NCBI GenBank assembly: GCA_016748015.1
Contig: JAAOMT010000376.1
Span: forward strand, 93,283 to 157,282
Direction: 5' to 3'
DNA length: 64,000 bases
From: Geosiphon pyriformis uo1
Lineage: Eukaryota > Fungi > Glomeromycota
This document shows positions 1 through 11,068 of this stretch, in pieces (the stretch's first letter is position 1; each line of letters opens with the position of its first letter). Position numbers and translations under genes: made by a program. Under the pieces are notes generated by a model, which was not told the DNA's origin, made no database searches, and saw nothing but the letters and a program-made list of their open reading frames with translations.

Positions 1-533
1 TAAAGAATTTTGGTTTTTCGAATTATTTGATATTTATTTTTTTTGTGTATGTAGGAACGGTTTTAAGAGATAAATCTAAAATAAGATATATTTTCCAAAA
101 GAGAAAAGCTCTTCTTTTATACAACTTGTTGTAGTACTAATCTATGAACTTGTACTTTTTCTCTTTGCTCAAATTTCGGCAAACTAAAAATACATTTTAA
201 TGAACTACAAGTTATTTCGCTGAACTATTGATTAATTTGGGTGAACTATTCATAATTTCAGCAAATTTCTATAAATTTCGGCGAATTTCATATAAATTTC
301 AGCGAATTTCTGTAAATTTTGGTGAATTTTAGAATGTTATAAAGTTCAGAGTATTGTGTAATTTGATCATCTTACTTTCTGTTGTACTAATTGGATTATT
401 AATTGAATTGTAATATATGATAAATTAATTAAATAATAAGTGATAATTTGAATTAATATTAATATGTTAATTAATGATAGAAATTATAAGAATAATTTCA
501 TGCTAATTAATAGCTAAAATTCTATTGGTAACA
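1..533 (-). mobile_element. LTR (partial, runs off window) of a Ty3/Gypsy element related to the one at 2197-12048, inserted in LINE ORF2
   Basis: Aligns by eye to 2677-3176 and 24.7-25.2 kb. Ends in TGGTAACA at 533 and interrupts LINE ORF2 right after SDRISLAYSSFNV. Confidence 0.9.
171..330. repeat. Tandem array of ~8 x 20-21 bp units (core ATTTCGGCGAAYT) inside LTR
   Basis: Units at ~171, 192, 212, 232, 253, 273, 294 and 314. The same array has 6 units in the other LTRs. Confidence 0.85.
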
Positions 534-2196
534 ACATTAAAAGAGCTGTATGCCAAAGAGATCCTATCAGAAAGAATCTTGGAAAGGATCTTACAAGCTG
601 TCTTGATTAAAGCAATAGAGTGGGTATTTGTGAGAACACCTTCCCACTTATATGGTTTAAGAATCATTGAGACCCAAGCTTTTACCCAAGGTCCAGGCAC
701 TAATTTGGAAGACAAACAAAAATTCAAAAGCATTAAAAGCATATCCAGAATCAACTTGTCATAATGTTTCCAAAGCTTGTTTGTAATACCCAAGAGACCA
801 GCAGCTTTGCCATCAGGCAGATTGAAAATCACATTAAGCAGCTTATTAAGCTCAACTGAATGCATTACACCAGAAAAAGCTTCATCAAAAACATAATCCA
901 ATGGCCAATATTGACAAGACCAAATATCAGAGACATCAGCAACCACATCACACTTCCTGGTCCAACCTTCCATAATAACATTCACATTAGATTTGACTGA
1001 ATTGGGCTCCAAAATAAGCTTATCCTTAACAACTAGATGGTTCAGAACCACTTTGTGGAAAGGACACTCCAAAACACTCCTGATAGTATGACCTTTATTT
1101 ATCTCGAAGCTTTCTATTCTCTTATTTATAGCAGCTCTAATATTTGCTTCCTTAGTTGCCAAAGATTCAGCAAGCTTGGATGCATGATAAGACTTTCTCA
1201 TGCCAGAGAGAGCAAAATAAACATGACTAAAGGTTGCACCAGAGTTAATAAGATCCTGAACAACTGAAGCTTTAATACTGTTTAAAAAGTCTCAGCACTT
1301 TATAAGAGAGCTGAAACTGCCAACATTGCCCTCATGAAAGGCCCTAACAATCTTTGAAACCAAAAGCTCCAACTTATGAAACTTCGAAAAAACTTTGGTA
1401 AAAACACTATCAAAATTCTTGAACCATTTTTTTCTAAATATCTCATTTGCAGAAAGGACTACTATTCTGTGTAAAACATCTCACATGACATCCAGATCTG
1501 AAAACTTTACAGTGGCAACAAATTCATTAGAGAACATCTCAGCATTGACCAATATAGCATTTTTAAAATTTTCTCACCTATTGTCATTAGCACTTTTGAA
1601 ATCAAACTTCCAATGATCTTTATTAACCTGCTTACAAAGAGAGTTCAACTGTATATCCAAAAGTCCACCCAAACTCACTGACACAAAAACAGCTCAATAA
1701 TCAGTATCAAAAAATTTACCAACATCACACACTACATAATCTATTATAGCATTGACTAAGTTTGCAGAAACAAACAAAAAATCAATAGTCTTAGCCATGT
1801 CCCGAAAGTTAGTTCATATGGGCAATTTAACGAGAGAACTTCCACTCAAGAAATTGATCAAACCAAGATCCAGACACTTCTTGAAACTAGCACACCTTTG
1901 GGAGCCATCCTTATTGAAGTCACCATCCAAAACTACAAACAAAGATTCATTAACTGCCTTTGCTATCACAGAATTGATATTATTAGCCTGAAAGAAACGA
2001 ACAGCCAGGGACACTCCAGCATAAAGCCCCAAAATTGACATAGAAAGTTTATTTTTGAACAACAGCTTGACTAAAAGGAGCCAACCAGACACCTCAGAAA
2101 CTTTACAAACATGACAAGCTAGAGAAGTGTTCATAATAATTGCAATACCAGCACCAAAAAATCCCTTATCCAACCCAGATGAAAAAATTTTAACTC
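534..2196 (-). pseudogene. LINE copy 1 ORF2 fragment (C-terminal part of APE endonuclease, linker, start of RT), degraded
   Basis: ORFs 1814..2287 and 503..1201 are collinear with ORF2 at 35178-36900 (GDFN, KTID, FHKVVLNHLVV, GKAAG, IALIKTACKILSK). Contains premature stops. Confidence 0.92.
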
Positions 2197-3176
2197 TGTT
2201 ACCAGAGGTTTTTGGTCTCTTTTCTGTAATGTTGTTGATACTTATTTGCTGTGAATTCACGTTTTCTGGATGTGGTTGAACCTTCAATAACTGAATTTAT
2301 CTTCAAATTATCTTCTATAATTTGAACTTGCTGGACTTATGTGTGGAATGGCCAATTCCGTGCCAGTTGCTTTATGTAGTTACATTGTAGTAAATGTCAA
2401 CTCTTTCTCAGAAATTGCTCGTCTGGAAGCTTACTAAAAATGTGTAGTTACTTTGCTGTGAAAGTCAACTTTTCTACAGGAATCTTGTCTGTAGACTACC
2501 CTAATGATTGTAATAAGAAAAGAAAAAAAAAATAAAAGAAGTGTAAAAGAAATAGGATTTTATCAAGGGAAACGTTTTCTATCCAGGCCTGGAGTCACTA
2601 ACAGTTTACTGAAATTGGTAGCTAATCAATTTCGAAATGTTAGTTGGTTTTTGGGGATTTTTCAAGGACAATAATTAAAGAATTTGGTTTTTCAAATTAT
2701 TTGGTATTTATTTCTTTTTGTGTGTGTAGAAATGGTTCTAAGTAATAAATCTAAAGTAAGATATATTTTCTCAAAGAGAGAAGCTTTTCTTTTATACAAC
2801 TTGTTGTAATACTATTCTATGAACTTGAACTTTGCTATTTTTTACAATTTCGCTGAACTAAAGATACATTTCAGCAAACTACAAGTTATTTCGGCGAACT
2901 ATTAGATATTTCGGTGAACTATCAATTATTTTGGTGAATTTCTACAAATTTTGGTGAACTTTTGAATGTTATATAGTTCGGGGTATTGCATGATTGATCA
3001 TCGCAATTAGGTTACATTTGTGTTGTGTACAATTTGGGATATTAATTAAATGATAATTTCAAACATTTTTGCTAATGTAATAAGTGATCATTTGAAACTA
3101 TAATATATGCTAATTAATGATAGGAATTATAAGATAATTTCATGCTAAATAATATCTTTAATTTCGTCTGGTAACA
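2197..3176 (-). repeat. 3' LTR
   Basis: About 96% identical to 11069-12048, with terminal inverted repeats TGTTACCAGA/TCTGGTAACA. Confidence 0.97.
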
Positions 3177-3864
3177 TAACCTCCTCCTCAAGACTGAGCT
3201 CCATCAAAGTCCAAGTACTGTCTGTTATTTCCAGATAATAATCCAAAATTATTGAAGAAATTTGGTCTGAAAATTGTTGAAATTTCAGTTCTGTAAGCTT
3301 TCCAATGTATTGGATCTTCAAAGGTTGAAAAATTGGGTTTTGTAGTATGTTTTTACAGGTGTGGAATAGGTTATAAAGTCTAAGAACAGCTCTAAGCCTG
3401 TAGTGACTGTTTGTTGATCCAGCTGTTGTCTTGAATTTGTTGTGGAGTTGTTTCTGAATAGCTTTTTTTGTGAGGTTTGCTGTTGTAAGTTCCAGTTTCC
3501 GTTCATAGAGTGTTTTTCCAATGTGAAAATATCTATAGATTAGAGGATATTCAGTGTTTTCCTCATTGAGACACAGTTGAAGTTTTTGTTGAATTGTAGC
3601 ATTTGGTGGAATACTAATCGGAGTGAGCATTAGGTTTTCTCTTAAAGTAAGCTTTAAAAGTTCTGGCAGGTGAATTCCAGTATAACTTTTTGTGTTCTTT
3701 TTATACGGATGATATTTTCGTGAATTTAGGGCTAATTTTGTAACTACTTCTGTTTGGGTATAATTTATGTGGTTTCCAGTAATAGTAATGGATAATTCGG
3801 GTATTGTTTTTAAAGTTAACATTAGTTTTTGGAATAATTGTTGAATGTTTTGAGGAATAGTCAT
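3145..3864 (-). CDS. Extra ORF3 of the Gypsy element (239 aa from ATG at 3864), unknown function
   Basis: Uninterrupted ORF between the integrase stop (3982) and the 3' LTR. It reads through the PPT and stops ~30 nt inside the LTR. Confidence 0.7.
   Translation of the reverse strand: MTIPQNIQQLFQKLMLTLKTIPELSITITGNHINYTQTEVVTKLALNSRKYHPYKKNTKSYTGIHLPELLKLTLRENLMLTPISIPPNATIQQKLQLCLNEENTEYPLIYRYFHIGKTLYERKLELTTANLTKKAIQKQLHNKFKTTAGSTNSHYRLRAVLRLYNLFHTCKNILQNPIFQPLKIQYIGKLTELKFQQFSDQISSIILDYYLEITDSTWTLMELSLEEEVMLPDEIKDII
3177..3193 (-). other. Polypurine tract
   Basis: Minus strand reads GAGGAGGAGGTTA directly before the 3' LTR. Confidence 0.85.
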
Positions 3865-3981
3865 TATAAGCAATTTGAAAAAATAAAAAAATTATTTTTG
3901 GTGTATGGGTTTTTATGTTATTTTTGTTTTGTTTTTGTGAGATTGTTTCTAAATTAGAAGAGAATAACTAGTAAAATTAAA

Positions 3982-5356
3982 TTAAGTGTTCAGGTTGGAA
4001 GATTGTTCAATGACAACTATTGGTTCTAAGTTTCGGGGAATATCTTCAGAACTGACCAAAGGGGAATGTGTACCAATTTGTGGAATTAATGGTTCAGGAT
4101 TGTTTCTGGAATGATAGTGTTTCAAACGATTTCCATGTACAACTTTTACTAGGATTTTGTCATCAAGTCTTAGCTTGTATGATCCGTTGCCTAGGACTTC
4201 ATAAATAAAGAATGGTTCATCCCATTTATTTTCAAATTTTCCACTCCATTGTTTTTCAGCTTTAGTTCTGTGTAAGAGAACTTTGTTTCCAATTTTAAAT
4301 TCATTGGTGACTGAAGGCAATTTGTCATTATGTCGTTCTTTTTGTTGAGCTTGGGAGTGTTCAATATGGGTGGCTGCTATTCGTTGTTTTCCTTCCAATG
4401 TGCTAAGCAGAATGTAGGCTCTTTGCTGAAGTGTTTCTTGGAAATTGTTTTTATTGATTGGTTGTGCTGGGTATGTTTCCACTGTGAAACTAATTGGTAA
4501 CATTGCTGTCCTTCTATAAGTTAAATCAAATGGTATGTGTTTCGTGGTATCTTGTTTTAATGTCCTATATGCTAGTAACACTGATGGAATAAAGAGATCC
4601 CATTCTTGCTCAAAATCGGTTGAGACTTTGGCTAATGACTCACACAATGTTCTGTTAAAATGTTCCACAAGTCTGTTTGTTTGTGGATGGTAGGGCAAAG
4701 ACAGAGGTCTTTTGACATTAAATTGTTCACAAATTTCTTGTATCAGGTTGTTCACAAAGTGTGTTCCCTGATTAGATAAAAGTTCAATTGGACATCCATG
4801 TCTACAAATAATGTCTTCGTAGATGAAATTTTGCATCTGCTCATTGAATGGCTCTGGCTTCAGGCCATTTAGTAAGATAGTCTACAGCTACTGCAATATA
4901 ACAGTTTCCTTGAGTGGTAATAGATAGTGGTCTGACTAAATTGATACCAACTTTGTCAAAAGGCTGTCCAACTTTGATTGGATTTAAAGGTTCTGTAGGG
5001 CAAGTTCCTCCTCTTCTTTGACAACTATCACAAGATTCGACATATTCATGAATGTCTTTTTTCATTCGAGACCAATAGTAGTATTCTAGTGTTCTTTGGG
5101 TGGTACTATCTTTTCCAAAGTGTGCTGACAAAGGATCTGAGTGCATATTGTATAAAATGGTCTCTTTTTCCTGTTCTTGTATTAATCTGAGTGATTTGAT
5201 TGGGTTTTTGGAATTTCGATGATAGATAATGTTGTTGTGTAGAAAATATTGTTTGGCTTGTTGTTGTAACCAATGTTTTTCGTTTGGGGACCAATCTGTT
5301 GGGATTGTTAATGTTTCCAAATATTGTTTGAGATTGTTGTAGTTTTCGGGGTTCAT
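3982..5356 (-). pseudogene. Integrase (HHCC zinc finger, DDE core, GPY/F-like C-terminus; no chromodomain seen)
   Basis: HSDPLSAH...CDSCQ, YLTKWPEA, LLSNQGTHF, YHPQTNRLVEHFNRTL and KWDEPF, with a stop at 4841. Confidence 0.93.
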
Positions 5357-5379
5357 TGTTTGTTGTTTTGATGCTGTTA

Positions 5380-6700
5380 GTTCAAATGGGTGTTGGTTTT
5401 GTTTTCTAATCTTGCCTCATTCTTGAAAGACAATCAATGTTGGTGTGGAGTTTTTCTGGTTTATGATGTATGATGTATTAGTAATTAGCTAAAAATCTTG
5501 TCCATTGGGTTTGTTTTGCATTCAGTTGGGTGTTTTTGTTTTGAAGCCATTTAAGTCCAATATTATCAGTGATAATATCGAATTCTTTGGGTCTGAGGTA
5601 AAGGTTGAAGTGATGTAGGGCCCAGATTACTGCTGTGGTTTCTAATTCTGTTGTAAGGTAGTTCTTTTCGGCTGGCTTTAATGTTCTACTAGCATAAACA
5701 ATTACTCACTCATTTCCATTGTCATCTAACTGTGATAGGATGGCACCAAAGGCAGTATAAGAGGCATCAGTTGCTAACCGAAATCGGTTGCTAAAGTCTG
5801 GGTAGGCGAGGATTGGAGCTGTTGTGAGTTTTTCCTTAAGTATCTCGAAGATGTTTTGGTGTTCTTCTGTCCATTTGTATTCGACATTTTTAGTAGTGAG
5901 CTGGTTGAGGGGTTTTGCAATTTCTGAGAATCCTTTGATGAATTTTCGGTAATAGGATGCTAATCCAATAAATCCTCTTAATTCTGTGGTATTTTGTGGA
6001 GTCTTGAAGTTTTTGACAGTACTAATTTTTCTGGGGTCTGGTTTAATTCCATCTTTGTTAACAATGTGACCAAGAAAAGCTAAACTTGTTTTTCCAAAGT
6101 AGCATTTTTCAATGTTCAGTTTCAATCCTGCTTTCTGTAATCATTGAAAAACTTCTCACAGGTGAATTAAATGTAGCTCGAAAGATGGTGAATAAACATC
6201 AGTGTCATCAAGATAAACTACTACTGATTTTCAAAGGAGGTCTTTGTAAACAACATCCATGAGTCTTTGGAATGTTGCTGGTGCATTACATAATCCGAAA
6301 GGCATTACATTGAACTCGTAATTTCCTCCTTGAGTGGTGAATGCTGTTTTGGGGCAGTCTTTGGGATCCATAGCAACTTGCCAGTATCCACTCTCTAAAT
6401 CTAATGTTGAAAAGTATTTGGACTTTCCAAGAGCATCCAACATGTTATCAATTCGGGAAAGAGGGTAGACATCCCCAATAGTGACACTGTTGAGTTGTCG
6501 GTAATCAACACAAAATCGTATCTTTCCATTTTTCTTTTTAACTAGGACCACAGATGAGGCCCATGGGCTTATTGATGGTTGAATAAGCCCATTGTTAAGC
6601 ATCCGTTGTACTTCTTCTCGGATAAATTGGTGACTTTCTGGGGTGACTCGGTAGGCTTGTTGTTGCCTTGGTTTGGCATTTCCTGTATAGATTTGGTGTT
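5380..6700 (-). pseudogene. Reverse transcriptase and RNase H of Gypsy pol
   Basis: SPWASSVVLVKKKNGKIRFCVDYRQLN, LDLESGYWQV, MPFGLCNAPATFQR, YLDD at 6204-6215 and LATDAS. In-frame stops are present. Confidence 0.95.
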
Positions 6701-7247
6701 AAACCAAATCAGTTCTTTCTAAGTCATTGTTGTTTTCGGCGAAGATGTCAGCAAATTCTGCAATTAGCTCTTTGAGCTGGGTCTGTTGTTGTGGTTTAAG
6801 TTGTCCCATGTTGATTTGAGATAGTTTTTCCATGACAACATGGTAGTTTTCAGAGCTAGGGTTTGGGTTGATTTTTGGTAGTAAATGTTCAATAATTTCA
6901 GGGAAATCGGGGACTGTTTGGGGTAATTCTTGTTGAAATATATTACTGTGAATAACTCCAATTTCTAAATTATTTAATAAAATTATGGGGTAATTATTGG
7001 GGTTGTAAAAAGTAACTCGGACTTTTTTTGTTCCTTTTGGAATATAAATGTTTGGGATCGAAATATTATGTTCCAAGCAGACTTGTTCATTGGACTCAAA
7101 AATTTGTTGTGTGGTTGTTGGCTTTGTGCAAGTGTAGATTTCCAGATGTTCTCCAAAAAGTGAGATGGTAATTAGTTGTGGAAGTCTGAGAATCTGGTGG
7201 GATTCGTTCTTTGTGTTAAGAACTATATTAACTGGAACTGTAAATCG

Positions 7248-7680
7248 TCCAGTTGAACCAAAACCTTGGGTTCCTCTATCGCTTTTTCCTAATTGTTCTC
7301 TTTGATTGACTAGTTGCAAATCTGAAATGTTGATTAAGGGTAGGTAAATAGCTTGGGCAATGTTTTCAGCATGTTCAATCTTGAATGGTTTGTCAGTTTC
7401 ATTTTGAAGCATCACTGTTATGTCTCCAGTATATCCAGCATCGATTATTCCTCCTCTGACATTGATTCCTTTGCTTGCCAGAGAGAACTGGGAGGTGATT
7501 TGAACCATTGCTCCTAGTGAAATTTCGAGTGCAATTTTGAGATTGATTTTTGTAAGAGATTTGGGTTTGAGAACAAGAGTATCCTTGCCTGGATATCTTA
7601 AGTCATATCCAGCATTAATTTCGTGTGCTTTTTCGGGTTTTATTCCTTGTCCGTTGTTGTTGAAGTATTTAAGTTGTAAG
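7248..7680 (-). pseudogene. dUTPase domain within Gypsy pol
   Basis: All five trimeric dUTPase motifs occur in order: AGYDL, (R>Q)FSLA, GIIDAGYTG, IAQ, RGTQGFGSTG. Confidence 0.93.
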
Positions 7681-7784
7681 GCAGGCTGATTTTCAATAAG
7701 ATAGGTGGGTGTTGTTTCAATTTCTTCCATTTCTTTAGGTTCTCCAAATTCAATTTCATTCTCATCATTTTCACTGGGCAAGGG

Positions 7785-8420
7785 GATACTAAGAGCATAG
7801 CATTCAGGACACTATTGTTCATTGCAAGGCATAATGCATTCTTTACATAGCCTAATGTTCATTTGCTCTAATCATTGAATTTGAGCTTCTTGGGTCGGGT
7901 AGGTGTGACTTGCAATTTGGTGGTAGACTTCTACTTTGTCTTCGTAATCGAATCCAGCCAATTCCATAGTGTATTCAATGTATTCTGCTTCCTTCATTTG
8001 ACAAACATCTTCTTTGGTAGCTCCATTAATTAATGCTATTGCTAAGTTGAAAATCATCTTGGCATCATGAGAGTAGTAATAAAGTTTGTTAAGAGCACTG
8101 TTGTATGCTGCATTAAAGGGTGTTCCTCTTTTTACTTTTTCTGAAATTGATAAAGCATATTGGCAGGTCTGATCGCAGATGCCTCTTCTCATTGCTATAT
8201 TAATCTAATTGCATTCTTCTGGTAGCATATCTCCACAAATCAAACAAGGGGTGTTGTCCCATTTTCTGCTCCTTTTTATTAGATGGCCTCATCACTCTCT
8301 GTAGCAAGCTTTGCAGTAATAACAAGTATGATTCTCATATTCTTTTTCAGGTGAAATGCAGGCTCCCATTGACGATAGTTTCTTGTGGTAGTCCTTATAT
8401 TTAAGGGGAATATAGGGGTG
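7785..8420 (-). other. Cys-rich (multi-CxxC) inserted domain between protease and dUTPase
   Basis: In the pol frame, read across stops: CYYCKAC, CLIC, CDQTC, CKECIMPC, CPEC. Confidence 0.65.
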
Positions 8421-8629
8421 TTGTTTCCTTGGTTCAGGTTTTGAGTAAGGTATATTCCATCCAGAGGTTTCAGGTTTAGTGTGTGGGGTAAAATATTCTT
8501 GTTCTGTTTCATCGGCCCAGTTGGACGTTGATCTAAGAGCCATGAATGTTTCAATTATTGGTTTTTCTTCTTCTGATTCGAATTCAAAAGCTGGGGCTTT
8601 TTCAGAGTGTTTGTTGAATGTACTACAAA

Positions 8630-9010
8630 TAGCAGATACCCGGGCATGTTGTCCTTGGTAGGAGATTGTTAACTCTTGTGTTTCCCAATTCAGATTAGCA
8701 TTGGCTTTTTGAAGCCAATTATTTCCAACAAGAGCTTGGTACTGGGGTACGTCCATTATAAGAACTTTGACTGAAATAGTAATTCCATCAAGAGTGAATG
8801 GAAAATTGTCAATTTCTCCTACTGAGGTCTTTTTCATGCCATCGGCAGTAATGATTACTGTTTGAGCTGGTCAGTTGACATTTCTTTTCAACTGTTGCAT
8901 CAACTGGTAGATAATAATGCTTCCGGCAGATCCATTGTCTAGGATCAAGCGAATTGGCTTTCCTTTTACTTCAGCTTCTGTGTACATTGCAGTGATGGCT
9001 TTTTGCTCAT
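8630..9010 (-). pseudogene. Aspartic protease of Gypsy pol
   Basis: LILDNGSAGS (DSG with an AGT>AAT change) at ~8925-8950, then ITADG and ALVGNNWL. Confidence 0.85.
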
Positions 9011-9343
9011 TAGCCGCTGCATTGCTAAGCAAGAATGGTGATTTATTTGCTTCAAATTCAAAAGGAAAGATATCAGAGAGATTGGCGTTTTCAGCAATTC
9101 AGGCTGGTGGAATAGTGGTGTGGTTATGAGAAGGGTTTTGTTGTTGTTGTGCTGCAGCTCTACCTTTCGAGAGTACAGTATGGTGAAAATCCTGTTCTTC
9201 CAGCATTGTTAAATAACTGGGTTGAGTGTGGTAATGGTTGGGTCTTGGTTGAGTAGTATTTCAGAGAACCAATTGGTTGTTCAAACTGATTCTACTGTTG
9301 TTTACTTGGTATCAGTTTTGTGGTGTAAATTGATTTTGTGTAA

Positions 9344-11023
9344 TCAGTCTTCAAACAGGTACTTGATAATGTTGGGTGGGTGGTTGTTGGTGTTGCTGTT
9401 GGATTGGTTGTGAGGTGGGCTGATAATAGTTATTTTGGTATTGGGGTCTTGGTAGATAGTAAGCTGGTGGTGATGATTGATAATAAGATTGCTGTGGTGG
9501 AGAGTAACATTGATTACTCTTATTTGTTGGTCTCGTTGCAGCTTTCTGCAATCTCTTTTCCAGTGGTCAGAGATTCCACAGTAATGGCAATTCTGGGGCT
9601 GGTTATTGGAAAGTGGTGCAAAGTTATTTTGATTTCGTCTTTGGGGTGGTTGATATCTTTGGGGTTGTTGTTGTTGGTTGGTAAAATAGTTTTCAACCTT
9701 CTTTGTGAGTTGGTCAATTTTTTCCTCAGCTACTGAGCTGGTTTCTCCAATTGCCAAATTTACAAGTTTTGTATGATTGGCTTCTTCTATGGTCATTTCA
9801 TATCTTTTCGCATACTGTATGGCAGAGTTTAAATCTTCTGGTGCGTGTGGGCAAACCTTTTTAATTAGTTTATCTTTTAGGCCAGCAATAAATTGATCCA
9901 AGATTTGAGCATCAGAATAATAATTGTTTGTCTTGAGTTGGCGAATCCATCTGAAAAGTTTGTTGAATTTCCCAATATAAGTCATAACAGATTCGGAGGG
10001 TTCTTGTTTGATATTTCGAAAACAATTGCGAAGAGTGATGGAGGTATTATTGTCGGTGAACTGTTCAAGGAAGGCTGCTTTGAAAGCATTCCAATCATTG
10101 AATGGGGGGACAAGGTTTTCAAACCATTCTCCTGCTGTTCCTTTGAGAAAATAGGGAATTGTTCTTAACATTCTGGCAGCATTCCATCCATTTGCATCTC
10201 CAGCTTTAGTAACTTGGTCGAGCCATTCTTGGGGACTGGTCTCAATATCTTCTCCATTGAATTTAGGGATTTTTGCGATGTATGTTGTCATTTTGTCTTC
10301 TTCGTTTTCATTGTCTATTGATTCTTCTTCAGTTATTTCAGAGTTGTTTTCTTCATTTGCTGCTGTCTCAGAGTGTTCACTTTGATTTTCAGCTAGAAAA
10401 TCAAGGAGATTGGAACTAGTTTGAAGGGGTTCTTGTTGTCTGGTGGGACTTCTGAGTGATGTAAAATCTTCTGGTTTTGTAAATCGATTCAAGGGTGAAT
10501 TAAGTGTTTGTGCTTGTGCAAGTAAAGCTGGAAAAGGTGTGATAATAAGTGGAAATTTTGAACTGGTTCCTTGTTCAGGTGTTTGTAAATGTTTGGCAGT
10601 TGTTTTCGGTAGTGTTGGAGTATTTGGGGTGGTTCTTGAATATTGCTTTAATTTGTTTTTGCCTTTGTTGCTTGTTTCTGTTTCCGATTCAAAGTTAATA
10701 GTGTATTGAGACTGCACTAGATATGTTTCTTCACAGTATTTGATAATGTTAAAATTAAGTTTGTGAAAGTAAGTGGCAAGTGTTTCACTATTAAGGTCTT
10801 CAGTTTCCAACTGTGAATAGTGTACTAAATTATTGTAAAGGTTGCTTCTAACTTCTGAGATATTATAATTTCTAAAAAGATAATTGTTGATGCAGTTTTC
10901 AATGTATTGGTATACTGATTTTTTGACAACTTCAATTCCGTCTGGAATGTTGAATCTTTGCTTGCAGTGGGTGTAAATTGATTGGTAATACTCTAGAGTT
11001 GTTGTGTCTGGTGTGGTCGCCAC
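9344..11023 (-). pseudogene. Gag (N-terminal extension, retrotransposon capsid, CCHC knuckle, Q/P-rich tail), with a frameshift near 9505
   Basis: IPKFNGED...QEWL, LKGTAGEWF, QEPSESVMTY, FIAGL and CHYCGISDHWKRDC. Confidence 0.92.
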
Positions 11024-11052
11024 TTTGAAGTTGTTTTTGCTGTGTTGTTTCT

Positions 11053-11066
11053 GTGGAAGAGCACCA
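11053..11066 (-). other. Primer-binding site
   Basis: Minus strand TGGTGCTCTTCCAC starts 2 nt after the 5' LTR and complements a tRNA 3' end ...GAGCACCA. The tRNA identity was not determined. Confidence 0.8.
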
Positions 11067-11068
11067 AA

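Noticed and set aside
171-330. Regularly spaced repeats as a CRISPR array
   Set aside because: The period is only 20-21 bp with no unique spacers, and the array lies in a eukaryotic LTR.
1814-2287. 157-aa ORF as an independent gene
   Set aside because: It is a chimera: the first ~30 codons are LTR sequence read into the LINE endonuclease remnant.
3145-3864. ORF3 as an envelope gene
   Set aside because: No signal peptide, furin site or transmembrane helix is visible, and it is too short.
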